Source: Patescibacteria group bacterium | GTDB lineage: Bacteria; Patescibacteriota; Minisyncoccia; 2-02-FULL-40-12; IGHO2-01-FULL-4-A | DNA: 64,000 nt | Assembly: GCA_038064915.1 (NCBI GenBank) | Contig: JBBTSB010000004.1 | Coordinates: 24,874-88,873, forward strand | Direction of reading: 5' to 3' | Shown: positions 17,486 through 27,290 of the stretch, piece by piece | How the letters are laid out: each line of letters opens with the position of its first letter | How positions within the stretch are numbered: position 1 is the first letter of the stretch | Notes under the pieces: generated by a model | What the model saw: the letters and a program-made list of their open reading frames with translations, nothing else | Database searches by the model: none | What the model was told of the DNA's origin: nothing | Made by a program: the position numbers and the translations under genes

Positions 17486-18483
17486 CCGTTCTTATTTTTC
17501 TCATCGTTTTGTCGGTGATCATTTTTGTCCACGAGTTGGGGCATTTTGTGATGGCGAAGCGGGCGGGGATGAAAGTCGAAGAATTTGGATTTGGATTCCC
17601 ACCGCGACTGTGGGGGTACAAGCCGAAAGACAGCGAGACGACCTATACTATTAATGCGATCCCGTTCGGTGGGTTTGTAAAAATTCTCGGAGAAGACGGA
17701 GAATCCAAAGACAACCGTAGTTTCACGGCAAAAAAGTTCTGGCCGCGCGTCAGCGTCATCATTGCCGGCGTGGTGATGAATTTTCTCCTCGCCGCCGTGC
17801 TCTTTAGTATCGTGAATGGTATTGGTAGCGAAGCAAAAATATTAATCACTGCCGTTGCAAAAGACAGCCCCGCGTATACCGCCGGAATTCGCATGGGTGA
17901 TGAACTCATTGGGTTTGAGAGCATTGACGCTGTGCAGTATTATATTGCTCAACACAAAGGTGAGGAAATCACACTTCAACTCTCACGTGGTTCGGTAAAG
18001 CTCACACCTCGTGAAAATCCACCTCCCGGGGAAGGCGCAATCGGTATTGCATTTACCAAAACGGAAGCAGTTTCCTATTCCTGGTATGAATCTATTGTGT
18101 TTGGCTTTCGAGACGCGGCGGTGGGTGTATGGATGATTCTCAAGGGATTTGGGACGATTATAAAAAATCTGTTTATCACGGGCAAGGCGGGAGTGGAGCT
18201 TGCCGGTCCGGTGGGAATCGCGATTATTTCCGGTCAGGCCGCACGTTTAGGCTTGGTCTATTTGCTTCAATTTGTTGCCGTCATTTCACTGAATCTTGCG
18301 GTTATCAACATTGTTCCATTTCCGGCTCTGGACGGTGGACGGTTGCTGTTTCTGATCATAGAAAAAATCAAAGGCAGTCCGCTTCCCAAACGCCTCGAGA
18401 ACGGCTTTAACACCGTTGGCTTTATTTTCCTCCTGCTCCTGATGTTTTATATTACGACAAAGGATGTGCTAAAATTCTTCTAG
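17482..18483 (+). CDS. rseP: RIP metalloprotease RseP (site-2 protease)
   Basis: HELGHFVMAKRAG zinc motif, PDZ domain and C-terminal LDGG motif. Confidence 0.85.
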   Translation: MTVLIFLIVLSVIIFVHELGHFVMAKRAGMKVEEFGFGFPPRLWGYKPKDSETTYTINAIPFGGFVKILGEDGESKDNRSFTAKKFWPRVSVIIAGVVMNFLLAAVLFSIVNGIGSEAKILITAVAKDSPAYTAGIRMGDELIGFESIDAVQYYIAQHKGEEITLQLSRGSVKLTPRENPPPGEGAIGIAFTKTEAVSYSWYESIVFGFRDAAVGVWMILKGFGTIIKNLFITGKAGVELAGPVGIAIISGQAARLGLVYLLQFVAVISLNLAVINIVPFPALDGGRLLFLIIEKIKGSPLPKRLENGFNTVGFIFLLLLMFYITTKDVLKFF

Positions 18484-18484
18484 T

Positions 18485-19678
18485 ATGAGATTATCTAATC
18501 TATTCACTCGCACCACCCGCGAGAATCCTGCTGATGAAGTGTCGGTCAATGCACAATTGCTTGAACGGGCGGGGTTTGTGTATAAAAACAACGCTGGCAT
18601 CTATTCGTATTTACCTCTTGGATGGCGCGTGATTGAAAAAATTAAAAAAATAATAAAAGAAGAAATGGATGCGGTTGGGGGTACTGAAGTACTCATGCCA
18701 GCGTTGATTGATAAAAAATACTATGAGGCCGCCGGACGGGCTGATATAAAAGTGGGTTTTAAGACAGGAGATGATCAGTTTATTCTTGGCTGGTCACACG
18801 AAGAAATATTGACGTCGATGGTCGGGAGGTACTTGAGTTCCTACAAGGATTTGCCATCTTCCATTTATCAAATTCAGACAAAATTTAGAAACGAAGCCCG
18901 GGCAAAATCGGGTCTCCTTCGTGGCCGCGAGTTCATGATGAAAGATATGTATAGTTTTCATGCCAATGAGCATGATTTTTTGGAATATTACGAAAAAGTT
19001 GGGCGGGCCTACCAGAATGTATTTGAACGATGCGGCCTCAAGGCATACTACACGCTTGCGGCGGGCGGGGATTTTACAGCGAGCAATACCCATGAATTCC
19101 AGGTTTTGACAAAGTCCGGAGAGGATTTAATTTTGCTCTGTCCGAAGTGCAGTTGGGCGATCAACAAGGAAATTGCCAATATGACGATTTGTCCAAAGTG
19201 CGGTGAGGAGCTTATCGAAGAGAAATCCATTGAAGCTGGAAATATTTTTCCACTGGGAACAAAGTACAGCAAAGCGCTCGGTTTGCAGTTCACTGATGAG
19301 AAAGGAGAAAAACAGCATGTCATCATGGGTTGCTATGGTATCGGTATTTCGAGGCTTTTGGGGACGATCGTAGAGGTTCATCATGATGATAGAGGCATGA
19401 TGTGGCCAGACACTGTGTCGCCATTCAAAGTGCATCTCGTTGCGCTACCTGGCGGGGACGATGAGGCAGAAAAAATATATAGCGAAGGCATGTTGTATGA
19501 TGATCGCCAAGATAAAACTGCCGGTGAGAAATTTGCCGATGCCGATCTCATTGGTTGTCCGATTCGCGTTGTAGTGAGCAAGAAAACCTTGGAACAAAAT
19601 TCTGTTGAAGTAAAACAACGCGCCGAAAAGGAATTCACGCTCATCCCCTTGACACAAATCCACGAAATGCTAAAGTAA
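18485..19678 (+). CDS. proS: prolyl-tRNA synthetase (compact form with inserted Cys4 ribbon)
   Basis: class II motifs, CPKC...CPKC insertion and C-terminal anticodon-binding domain. Confidence 0.85.
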   Translation: MRLSNLFTRTTRENPADEVSVNAQLLERAGFVYKNNAGIYSYLPLGWRVIEKIKKIIKEEMDAVGGTEVLMPALIDKKYYEAAGRADIKVGFKTGDDQFILGWSHEEILTSMVGRYLSSYKDLPSSIYQIQTKFRNEARAKSGLLRGREFMMKDMYSFHANEHDFLEYYEKVGRAYQNVFERCGLKAYYTLAAGGDFTASNTHEFQVLTKSGEDLILLCPKCSWAINKEIANMTICPKCGEELIEEKSIEAGNIFPLGTKYSKALGLQFTDEKGEKQHVIMGCYGIGISRLLGTIVEVHHDDRGMMWPDTVSPFKVHLVALPGGDDEAEKIYSEGMLYDDRQDKTAGEKFADADLIGCPIRVVVSKKTLEQNSVEVKQRAEKEFTLIPLTQIHEMLK

Positions 19679-19684
19679 TCGACG

Positions 19685-19773
19685 AACCTAGAAAACAGTC
19701 TCTCGAATAGGTGTTTGCCTGTTCTTTCAATACTATTCGAGACTGTTTTCTAGGTTTTTTGCTTGTTGATCAT
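19685..19773 (+). terminator. long-stem rho-independent terminator after proS
   Basis: AACCTAGAAAACAGTCTCTCGAATAG ... CTATTCGAGACTGTTTTCTAGGTT, about 24-bp stem, then TTTTTT. Confidence 0.7.
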
Positions 19774-19793
19774 TTTTTTGATAGGGTACGCAC

Positions 19794-20843
19794 ATGCTCA
19801 ATAAGTTTTTCGGCTTGTTCTCAAAAGATATCGGTATTGACCTAGGAACGGCCAATACGCTCGTATATGTGAAAAATGAAGGTATTATCATTAACGAGCC
19901 CTCGATTGTTGCACTCAACCAAAAGACGGGACAAATTTTAGCCATCGGACAGGAAGCTCGAAAAATGGTCGGAAGAACACCGGCATTCATAGCTGTCACG
20001 AAACCACTCATTGCGGGAGTAGTTTCTGATTTTGAGGTGACTGAACAAATGCTCAAATATTTCATTGATCGCGCACATCAAAAATCATTCACGCTTGCTC
20101 CGCGACCTCGAGTTGTCATTGGTATTCCTTCGAGTATCACCGAAGTGGAAAAAAAAGCGGTAGAAGATGCCGCATACAATGCCGGTGCCCGCGAGGTATA
20201 CCTGATTGAGGAGCCAATGGCTGCGGCTCTCGGTGCCCGACTTCCTGTGCAGGAAGCCGCCGCGAACTTTATCGTTGATATAGGAGGTGGAACCACGGAT
20301 GTCGCCATGATCTCCATGGGAGGTGTTGTTGCATCCCGATCGTTGAAAATTGCTGGAGATCGGCTTACGCAAAATATTTCCCAATTTGTGCGTGAGGAGC
20401 ACAACATGCTCATTGGCGAGACCACGACTGAAACGATCAAGACCACCATTGGCTCTGCCTATCCGCTGGCCGAGGAGCAGACCATGCGCATTCGTGGGAG
20501 GGACGTTCTCACCGGTTTACCAAAGGAGATGACGATCACTTCTCAAGAAGTCCGCAAGGCAATGCATTCCTCTATTCGCTCGATCGTCGTTTCCATCAAG
20601 AGTACGATAGAAGAAACACCGCCAGAACTTATTGCTGATCTCATAAACCGAAGTATTATTTTGACCGGAGGCGGCAGCTTGCTCCGTGGTCTCGACGAAC
20701 TTATCCACCATGAGACAAATCTTCCTGTTCAAATTATTGATGATCCTCTTACGTCCGTCGTGCGTGGATGTGGAATGGTTCTCGAGCACATTGAAGAGTT
20801 AAAACCTATTCTCGTATGGTCGGCAAAAGAAGCATATATTTAA
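19794..20843 (+). CDS. mreB: rod shape-determining protein MreB
   Basis: DIGIDLGTANTLVYV actin-like ATPase start; full length. Confidence 0.95.
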   Translation: MLNKFFGLFSKDIGIDLGTANTLVYVKNEGIIINEPSIVALNQKTGQILAIGQEARKMVGRTPAFIAVTKPLIAGVVSDFEVTEQMLKYFIDRAHQKSFTLAPRPRVVIGIPSSITEVEKKAVEDAAYNAGAREVYLIEEPMAAALGARLPVQEAAANFIVDIGGGTTDVAMISMGGVVASRSLKIAGDRLTQNISQFVREEHNMLIGETTTETIKTTIGSAYPLAEEQTMRIRGRDVLTGLPKEMTITSQEVRKAMHSSIRSIVVSIKSTIEETPPELIADLINRSIILTGGGSLLRGLDELIHHETNLPVQIIDDPLTSVVRGCGMVLEHIEELKPILVWSAKEAYI

Positions 20844-21517
20844 ATTTTCTTTTTCTCCTGTTGGCGTGTGGAATTGTTTTTTTTCTCAATGCCGCTGTTT
20901 TGCATAATATTCTTCCCGACCGTATGTATCGCGTGCTTGGGCTAGTTGTCAAAAAAGATGTGCGAGTGATCGGGGAATCCATCGCTTCAGAAGCGCTTGA
21001 GCGTGAGAACGCCATCTTACGGAAACAGTTGGATGTTGCACAAAAAATTTCCCGAACACTGAAGCTCGCGAACATTATTTCTATCGAGCGGACCATTCTC
21101 GTTTCGACGATTGTTATTGATTTGGGCGTTGCAGATGGTATCGAGGAGGGGATGGTCGTGATTGGCTCCGGAAACGTGCTCACCGGCAGGGTGAGCGAAG
21201 TTTTTGAGCACACCTCGCGCGTGATACTTGTCGATGATCCGCGCATCATCGTGAGTGTCCGCCTTCAGGGAACTTCGCTTCTTGCCGAGTCACGTGGAAA
21301 TCGCAGCAATCGAATTGATCTGAACCTCGTCGCACACAACGAAACGGTGCACGTTGATGATACGATTGTCACGAGCGGATTGGACCAGTTTCCCGAGGGA
21401 TTGGCCGTGGGATGGGTTACCGATGTCCAGCCCGGCGACAACAGCCTTTTCCAAAAAATTTCTGGATCGGTGTTTTTTAATTTTTATGAAAGTCCACTAC
21501 TTTTTGTTATTTTTTAG
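20816..21517 (+). CDS. mreC: rod shape-determining protein MreC
   Basis: N-terminal TM, coiled coil and beta-rich C-terminal domain; position in the mreBCD operon. Confidence 0.8.
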   Translation: MVGKRSIYLNFLFLLLACGIVFFLNAAVLHNILPDRMYRVLGLVVKKDVRVIGESIASEALERENAILRKQLDVAQKISRTLKLANIISIERTILVSTIVIDLGVADGIEEGMVVIGSGNVLTGRVSEVFEHTSRVILVDDPRIIVSVRLQGTSLLAESRGNRSNRIDLNLVAHNETVHVDDTIVTSGLDQFPEGLAVGWVTDVQPGDNSLFQKISGSVFFNFYESPLLFVIF

Positions 21518-21758
21518 TCTTGGTTTCATCCTGGATCAGTTCGGGAGTCTCCTTTTTCCTGGACGATTGTGGGTGACGCCACTGGTTCTGATCGCCTGCA
21601 TGATTGCGGATAGATTGTTGTATCAGCATCTTTTGGTTTTCCTTTTCTGTGCGATCATCATGGATCTTTTTTCAGGACTGCCATTTGGGTTGACGACCAT
21701 GATGTTTGTCATTTTTGGCCTTTGCATTGAGGTTTTGCGCAAATGGATTAGGATATAG
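21486..21758 (+). CDS. mreD: rod shape-determining protein MreD (short)
   Basis: small polytopic protein after mreC; start chosen at the in-frame ATG 21486. Confidence 0.5.
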   Translation: MKVHYFLLFFSLGFILDQFGSLLFPGRLWVTPLVLIACMIADRLLYQHLLVFLFCAIIMDLFSGLPFGLTTMMFVIFGLCIEVLRKWIRI

Positions 21759-21760
21759 AT

Positions 21761-23494
21761 ATGTTACCAAAAAAGTACAACGTACAGCGGCTCGAGGAAG
21801 AGGCCGTAAGTCCGGAAGAAACGCTTTTGGACACGGAGAGCAGACATTCGGCGGTTGAACTGCCCATCAGCCGCAACGTGGTTCGCGCCCTCTATGGCAT
21901 AGTAGGATTGGTGATGCTTGGTTTTCTCGTGCAGGCGTTCCAACTCCAAATTGTTGAAGGAAAAACGTTTGCACTCCTTGCTGATCAAAGTCGATTTAAT
22001 CGCTACCCGGTGCCGTCCTTGCGCGGAGTCATATATGACAGAAACGGAAAGCCCATCGTGGAAAATGAACCTGTTTTCGACTTGGTCGCCGTACGCAGTG
22101 AACTCAACGATGAGGAGCTTCTTGAGGGGCATCAGCATGAGGGAGTTTTTGTAGTAAAAAAAAATATTCCCAAAGAAGAAGCTATTCGTCTTCAAGTTGC
22201 TGAACAGCCGGGTTTGTATGTTGCCACCTATGCTCGAAGGTCGTATGTGTATGGAAAAGCGTTTGGACACGTGGCGGGCTATACGTCGCAAGTCACGCCC
22301 GATGATATTCTTGAAAATGATTCGTTTCATTTACAGGAGCGTACGGGGCGTATAGGACTTGAAGCATTTTATGATTCCATCATTAGGGGAGAAGGATATG
22401 AAATATTTCTCAATCCTGAAACGATTCGGACACAATCTCCCATTTCAGGTCAGAGTATTTTTACCACGTTGGATATTGATGTTCAGCTAAATCTATTTGC
22501 ATCGGTTGATGCGGTATTTCGTTCTGCGGGCGTCCGGCGGGGCGCGGCGATTGTGCAAAACGTAAAGACGGGCGAGGTGCTTGGCATTGTGAGTATGCCT
22601 ACGTTTGATCCAAACGATATCACCGGAGAAGTTCTGCAAAATCAAGATCATCCTTTGTTCAATAGGGTTATTAGCGGTCTTTACAGTCCCGGGTCAACAA
22701 TTAAACCCCTTTACGCTCTCGTTGGACTTACGGAAGGCGTCGTTAATCCTTCGACGACGATTTTTGCGGATGGAGCCATTGAAGTGCAAAGCGAGGTCGA
22801 TTCGTCGCAGTATTTTACTTTTCGAGATTGGAAGGTGCATGGGTGGACTGATATCTATAAAGCGATCGCGGATTCCGTCGATGTCTATTTTTATGCGCTT
22901 GGCGGGGGGTATGGGGAAATTCGAGGTGTCGGTATCGATGTGATTGAAAAGTATTTGCGGTCAGCGCACGCCGATCAGAAAACAGGTATTGATCTTCCGT
23001 TTGAAACAAAGGGGTTTGTGCCTTCAAAAAAATGGAAGAGAGAAACGAAGAATGATTCTTGGTATATTGGAGACACCTACAACGTTTCCATAGGACAAGG
23101 CGACCTTCTGGTGACTCCCCTATGGCTTAATACGTATATTGGGGCAATTGCAAACGGTGGGAAACTCATGAAACCGTACATCGTACAGAGTGAGCCTGAA
23201 GTTGTGGGAACGTTGCCGTTTGATGAAAAAACGATGGCGATTGTGCGCAAGGGAATGCGCCAAACCATTACAGACGGCACGGGACAATTGCTCAAAGATT
23301 TGCCAAAGCCTGTTGCCGCAAAGACGGGAACTGCTCAAGTTACGGGCCGGGGTTTGAATTCTCTTTTTGTCGTCTACGGTCCTACCGATGATCCGGAAAT
23401 TGTCATGACGATACTGGTAGAAAATATCCCACAAAGCCAATCTCTTGCCATGCAGGTTGCACGCCAGTTTTTAATGTGGTATTTTACTCGGTAG
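21761..23494 (+). CDS. mrdA: penicillin-binding protein 2 (transpeptidase)
   Basis: SPGSTIKP, SIGQG and KTGTA motifs; dimerisation and transpeptidase domains. Confidence 0.9.
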   Translation: MLPKKYNVQRLEEEAVSPEETLLDTESRHSAVELPISRNVVRALYGIVGLVMLGFLVQAFQLQIVEGKTFALLADQSRFNRYPVPSLRGVIYDRNGKPIVENEPVFDLVAVRSELNDEELLEGHQHEGVFVVKKNIPKEEAIRLQVAEQPGLYVATYARRSYVYGKAFGHVAGYTSQVTPDDILENDSFHLQERTGRIGLEAFYDSIIRGEGYEIFLNPETIRTQSPISGQSIFTTLDIDVQLNLFASVDAVFRSAGVRRGAAIVQNVKTGEVLGIVSMPTFDPNDITGEVLQNQDHPLFNRVISGLYSPGSTIKPLYALVGLTEGVVNPSTTIFADGAIEVQSEVDSSQYFTFRDWKVHGWTDIYKAIADSVDVYFYALGGGYGEIRGVGIDVIEKYLRSAHADQKTGIDLPFETKGFVPSKKWKRETKNDSWYIGDTYNVSIGQGDLLVTPLWLNTYIGAIANGGKLMKPYIVQSEPEVVGTLPFDEKTMAIVRKGMRQTITDGTGQLLKDLPKPVAAKTGTAQVTGRGLNSLFVVYGPTDDPEIVMTILVENIPQSQSLAMQVARQFLMWYFTR

Positions 23495-23496
23495 AC

Positions 23497-23952
23497 ATGA
23501 CACAATATTTTTCTGCTGAAGGTCTAGAAAAGCTTAAACAAGAGTTGGCTGAACGCGAAGGAACCATTCGTGCCGAGATAGCTCGGCGTATTTTGGATGC
23601 AAAAGAACTGGGTGATCTTTCCGAGAATGCGGAATATGCAGAAGCAAGAGAATCGCAAGGGATGAATGAAGGGAGAATTCAAGAACTGCAAGATATCATC
23701 AAAAACGCCATCGTCATCGGGCCGAACCAGCAAAACAAAACCGTCATGGTTGGTTCTACAGTGAGTGTAAAATTCAATGGCAATGAACGGCAATTTACCA
23801 TTGTTGGTCCGTCGGAGTCCAATCCTACGCAAGGCTTTATTTCCAACGAATCTCCGCTGGGTATGGCATTTATCGGCAAAAAAAAGGGAGAAGAGTTTGA
23901 AGTTCTCGTTCCCAGTGGTAAAATGAAGTATAAGATTTTAGATATCAAGTAA
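23497..23952 (+). CDS. greA: transcription elongation factor GreA
   Basis: MTQYFSAEGLEKLKQEL... coiled-coil N-domain and FKBP-like C-domain. Confidence 0.9.
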   Translation: MTQYFSAEGLEKLKQELAEREGTIRAEIARRILDAKELGDLSENAEYAEARESQGMNEGRIQELQDIIKNAIVIGPNQQNKTVMVGSTVSVKFNGNERQFTIVGPSESNPTQGFISNESPLGMAFIGKKKGEEFEVLVPSGKMKYKILDIK

Positions 23953-25196
23953 TGCCACTGGATGAAATCAAGCAAGCTCGGCTTGAAAAATTAAAGAAGA
24001 TCGAAGATCCCTACCCCACGCATACATCGCGTACGCATACGATTGCGCAAGCCGATGGTGAGGACGTTTTGATTTTGGTGGGTCGTGTGATGGCAATGCG
24101 GGGCCACGGAGCGATCACGTTTATGGATTTGCGGGATGGGACGGGATCAATTCAACTTTTTCTTGAAGGCGAGAAAAATCTCATAGACATTGGGGATTTT
24201 ATAGAAGCCGAAGGAAAGCTTTTTATCACAAAAGCTGGCGAGAAAACCCTCCGCGTCTCGAGCTGGAAGATGCTCGCAAAATCTCTCCTCCCACTTCCTG
24301 AAAAATGGCACGGATTGCAGGATGTCGAAGAGCGCTATCGCAAGCGTTACCTGGATTTGCTCATGAATCCGGAGACCAAGGCCATTTTTGAACAGCGGGC
24401 GTTGATTATCCAGAAAATGAGAACTTTTCTCCTAGAACATCATTTCGTAGAAGTGCAAACTCCTACGCTACAGCCTCTCTATGGCGGTGCGTCGGCGCGG
24501 CCGTTTAAGACGCACATGAACGCCTTGGATATGGATTTATTTTTGCGGATAGCCCCGGAGCTTTATCTTAAGCGATTATTGGTGGGGGGTTTTGAGCGTG
24601 TGTTTGAATTTACAACTAATTTTCGCAATGAAGGCATGGATCGGGAGCACAATCCGGAATTTTCCGCCGTGGAGTTTTATATTGCATACAAAGATTACGA
24701 ATGGGGAATGGATTTTATTGAGGATTTGCTGTGCACGATTGCACCGGAAAAATTCAAAAAACCCTTCAAAAGAATTAGATATGCCGAGCTTATGCAACCG
24801 TATAATTCATTGGAAGACGAAGTTTTCAAAGAGAAAGTACGCCATACGCTCATCCAGCCAACATTTGTCTACGATTATCCAAAAGACATGTTCCCGCTGG
24901 CAAAAGACGTATTTCAGTTTTATGCAGGAGGGTTTGAATTGGTTAAGGCGTTCAGTGAACTCAATGATCCGATTGACCAGCGCGAGCGTTTTGCTGCACA
25001 GGAAAATTTGAGAGCGAAGGGCGATGAGGAAGCACAACGTATGGATGAGGATTTTATTGAAGCACTCGAATATGGTATGCCGCCAGCCGCAGGTTTTGGC
25101 ATCGGCCTGGATCGTTTGATTGCCTATTTGACCGACTCTCACTCCATCCGGGAAGTAATCCTGTTTCCGTTGATGAAACGAAAGAAAGACGAATAA
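23952..25196 (+). CDS. lysS: lysyl-tRNA synthetase (class II)
   Basis: OB anticodon-binding domain and class II motifs 1-3. Confidence 0.9.
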   Translation: MPLDEIKQARLEKLKKIEDPYPTHTSRTHTIAQADGEDVLILVGRVMAMRGHGAITFMDLRDGTGSIQLFLEGEKNLIDIGDFIEAEGKLFITKAGEKTLRVSSWKMLAKSLLPLPEKWHGLQDVEERYRKRYLDLLMNPETKAIFEQRALIIQKMRTFLLEHHFVEVQTPTLQPLYGGASARPFKTHMNALDMDLFLRIAPELYLKRLLVGGFERVFEFTTNFRNEGMDREHNPEFSAVEFYIAYKDYEWGMDFIEDLLCTIAPEKFKKPFKRIRYAELMQPYNSLEDEVFKEKVRHTLIQPTFVYDYPKDMFPLAKDVFQFYAGGFELVKAFSELNDPIDQRERFAAQENLRAKGDEEAQRMDEDFIEALEYGMPPAAGFGIGLDRLIAYLTDSHSIREVILFPLMKRKKDE

Positions 25197-25251
25197 AAAG
25201 CCAAAACCCCGTCGTACAGACCGGGGCGGCCGCGCGCGGGGTTGGGTGGTA

Positions 25252-25455
25252 CTAGAAATGCGAGTAGGGATCTAGACGTCGCATGTCACTCTTGAGCTCA
25301 GAAAATCGACCCGGATAGAGTCGGTCAAGCTCTTGGATGACCTCCAGGACTTCGCCGAAATCCGGACCATCGGCAAGCCACGCTCGAATCCTACTTTCAA
25401 TTATGCGCTTCGAGGCGCTTCTGTCCTGGGAGAGTTTTCGGAGCTGTTCTTTCAT
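25252..25455 (-). CDS. small hypothetical protein (67 aa) in GC-rich islet B/C
   Basis: SD GAGAGGAG 4 nt upstream; palindrome GCTACGatatataaCGTAGC in its promoter region; terminator hairpin CCCCG...CGGGG plus T run at its 3' end. Confidence 0.45.
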   Translation of the reverse strand: MKEQLRKLSQDRSASKRIIESRIRAWLADGPDFGEVLEVIQELDRLYPGRFSELKSDMRRLDPYSHF

Positions 25456-25718
25456 ATCTCTCCTCTCGCTTCCTGACGGGTGGAAGCTACGATATATAAC
25501 GTAGCAACTGTCAATAAGTGACAGTGAGCCTCCCGCTCAAAAAACGAAGCCCCGTTCAACACTCTGTCGAACGGGGGTTCGACTAGCGCGAGCGGGGCAG
25601 GGCGGGGGAGCAATCTTCATTGAAGTCCTCCAATGGTTTTATAAATAGCATGAAAAATATGTACTGTCAAGCATAAAAAATGACGCCGCCCCGCTATGGT
25701 CGACTGTGGTTAAGTCGT

Positions 25719-25964
25719 TCAGCGGGGCGTGGAACCTTCCTCCTTCAGAAGCTCTAGATGTCCGATTACTTGCTGGTCTTTCCACCAGCGTGCCGCCTTT
25801 CCGATCACTTCTCCCTCTAGTACCCACCACTGGGAGTTGATGAAGGGAAACGGACATCGAATTCGATGCAGCGTGTAGATGCCTGGCTGTAACAGATGTG
25901 TCCGCGCATCGGAGAGATCGGAGGCATCGATGAGCTCCAGGGGGTACTTCGTTCTGACCTTCAT
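25719..25964 (-). CDS. small hypothetical protein (81 aa) in GC-rich islet B/C
   Basis: SD AAGGAGG 5 nt upstream of ATG; followed (minus strand) by a 9-bp stem plus T6 terminator; the ORF track extends it to 26141 antisense of serS, which is rejected. Confidence 0.45.
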   Translation of the reverse strand: MKVRTKYPLELIDASDLSDARTHLLQPGIYTLHRIRCPFPFINSQWWVLEGEVIGKAARWWKDQQVIGHLELLKEEGSTPR

Positions 25965-26018
25965 GGGACCCTCCTTGGGATTCCAAGAATACGATATTTG
26001 TGCTAAATTTACAAGATC

Positions 26019-27290
26019 ATGCTTGATATCAAATTTATTCGCGAAAACCCCGACATCGTAAAGCAAGCGGCGAAAAACAAAAACGTTGCCGTTGATATTG
26101 ATAAACTTCTCGCACTTGATGAGCGCCGGAGACATTTGCAAGGGGAACTTGATCAGGCAAATAGCTTTCGCAATGCCATTGCTGATGCGTCAAAGAGCGG
26201 GAAGCCCAGCCCCGATCAAATCGCCGAAGGCAAAAAATATAAAGAGCAAGCGAGTACGCTTGAGGGAGAGTTGAAGATCGTAGAAACTGAATTTCATGAG
26301 CTCATGCTCATGGTGCCGCAAATTTCAGATCCATCAGTGCCTGAAGGTGCGAAGGATGATGATAACAAAGAAATCCGAACATGGGGCGAAATTCCAAGCT
26401 TTGATTTTGAACCAAAAGATTATATGGCCATCATGGAGTCATTGGATTTGGTGGATGTGGAACGTGGCGCAAAAGTTTCCGGCTTCCGCGGCTATTTTCT
26501 CAAAAATGAAGCTGTTCTGCTTTCGCAGGCATTGTGGATGTTCGCGCTTTCCCAGCTTATAAAAAAAGGCTTTACACCGATTATCGCTCCCGCCATTGCA
26601 AAAGAGTTGGCATTTCGTGGTACAGGCTGGTTACCGCAAGGGAAAGATGAGATATACAAAATAGGGGAGGACGAATTTTTGATCGGAACTTCAGAAGTTT
26701 CCGTCATGGCATACCATAGCGATGAAATTTTGAAAGAAAGCGATCTTCCAAAAAAATACGTTGCATTCTCGCCTTGTTTTCGCTCCGAAGCCGGGTCATA
26801 TGGCAAAGATACGAAAGGCATCCTTCGTGTACATGAATTTTATAAAATCGAGCAAGTCATTCTTGGCAAGGCCGATCATGAGGATTCGGTGCAGTGGCAT
26901 GAAGAAATTACCAAAAATTCTGAAGAACTTGTCCAGGCTTTGAATCTACCCTATCGGGTTGTACTGAATTGTGCAGGAGATCTGGGGCTTGGCCAGGTCA
27001 AAAAATACGATATTGAAACGTGGCTTCCGTCGCAACAGCGCTACCGCGAAACGCACTCGGCCTCCTATTTTCATGACTTTCAGACACGCCGGTTGAATAT
27101 CAAATATCGAGACAACAAAGGTGATACGCAGTTTGCCTACTCACTCAACAACACCGCCATTGCCACCCCGCGAATTCTAGCCAACATCCTAGAGAACTAC
27201 CAGACTAAATCGGGAACCGTCAAAATCCCCGAAATTCTCAAGCCCTGGATGATGGGCTGTGACGAAATATTCCCGCCGTCCACTTCGTGA
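26019..27290 (+). CDS. serS: seryl-tRNA synthetase
   Basis: MLDIKFIRENP N-terminal coiled-coil arm and class II catalytic core. Confidence 0.95.
   Translation: MLDIKFIRENPDIVKQAAKNKNVAVDIDKLLALDERRRHLQGELDQANSFRNAIADASKSGKPSPDQIAEGKKYKEQASTLEGELKIVETEFHELMLMVPQISDPSVPEGAKDDDNKEIRTWGEIPSFDFEPKDYMAIMESLDLVDVERGAKVSGFRGYFLKNEAVLLSQALWMFALSQLIKKGFTPIIAPAIAKELAFRGTGWLPQGKDEIYKIGEDEFLIGTSEVSVMAYHSDEILKESDLPKKYVAFSPCFRSEAGSYGKDTKGILRVHEFYKIEQVILGKADHEDSVQWHEEITKNSEELVQALNLPYRVVLNCAGDLGLGQVKKYDIETWLPSQQRYRETHSASYFHDFQTRRLNIKYRDNKGDTQFAYSLNNTAIATPRILANILENYQTKSGTVKIPEILKPWMMGCDEIFPPSTS

Noticed and set aside
25540-25580. tRNA-like T-loop (GGGGGTTCGACT) in the lysS-serS islet
   Set aside because: No cloverleaf can be built around it. 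It is the stem of a terminator hairpin (CCCCGTTC...GAACGGGG).
25719-26141. 140-aa form of the minus-strand ORF extending antisense over the serS start
   Set aside because: An internal ATG preceded by AAGGAGG at 25964 gives a self-contained 81-aa gene that does not overlap serS.
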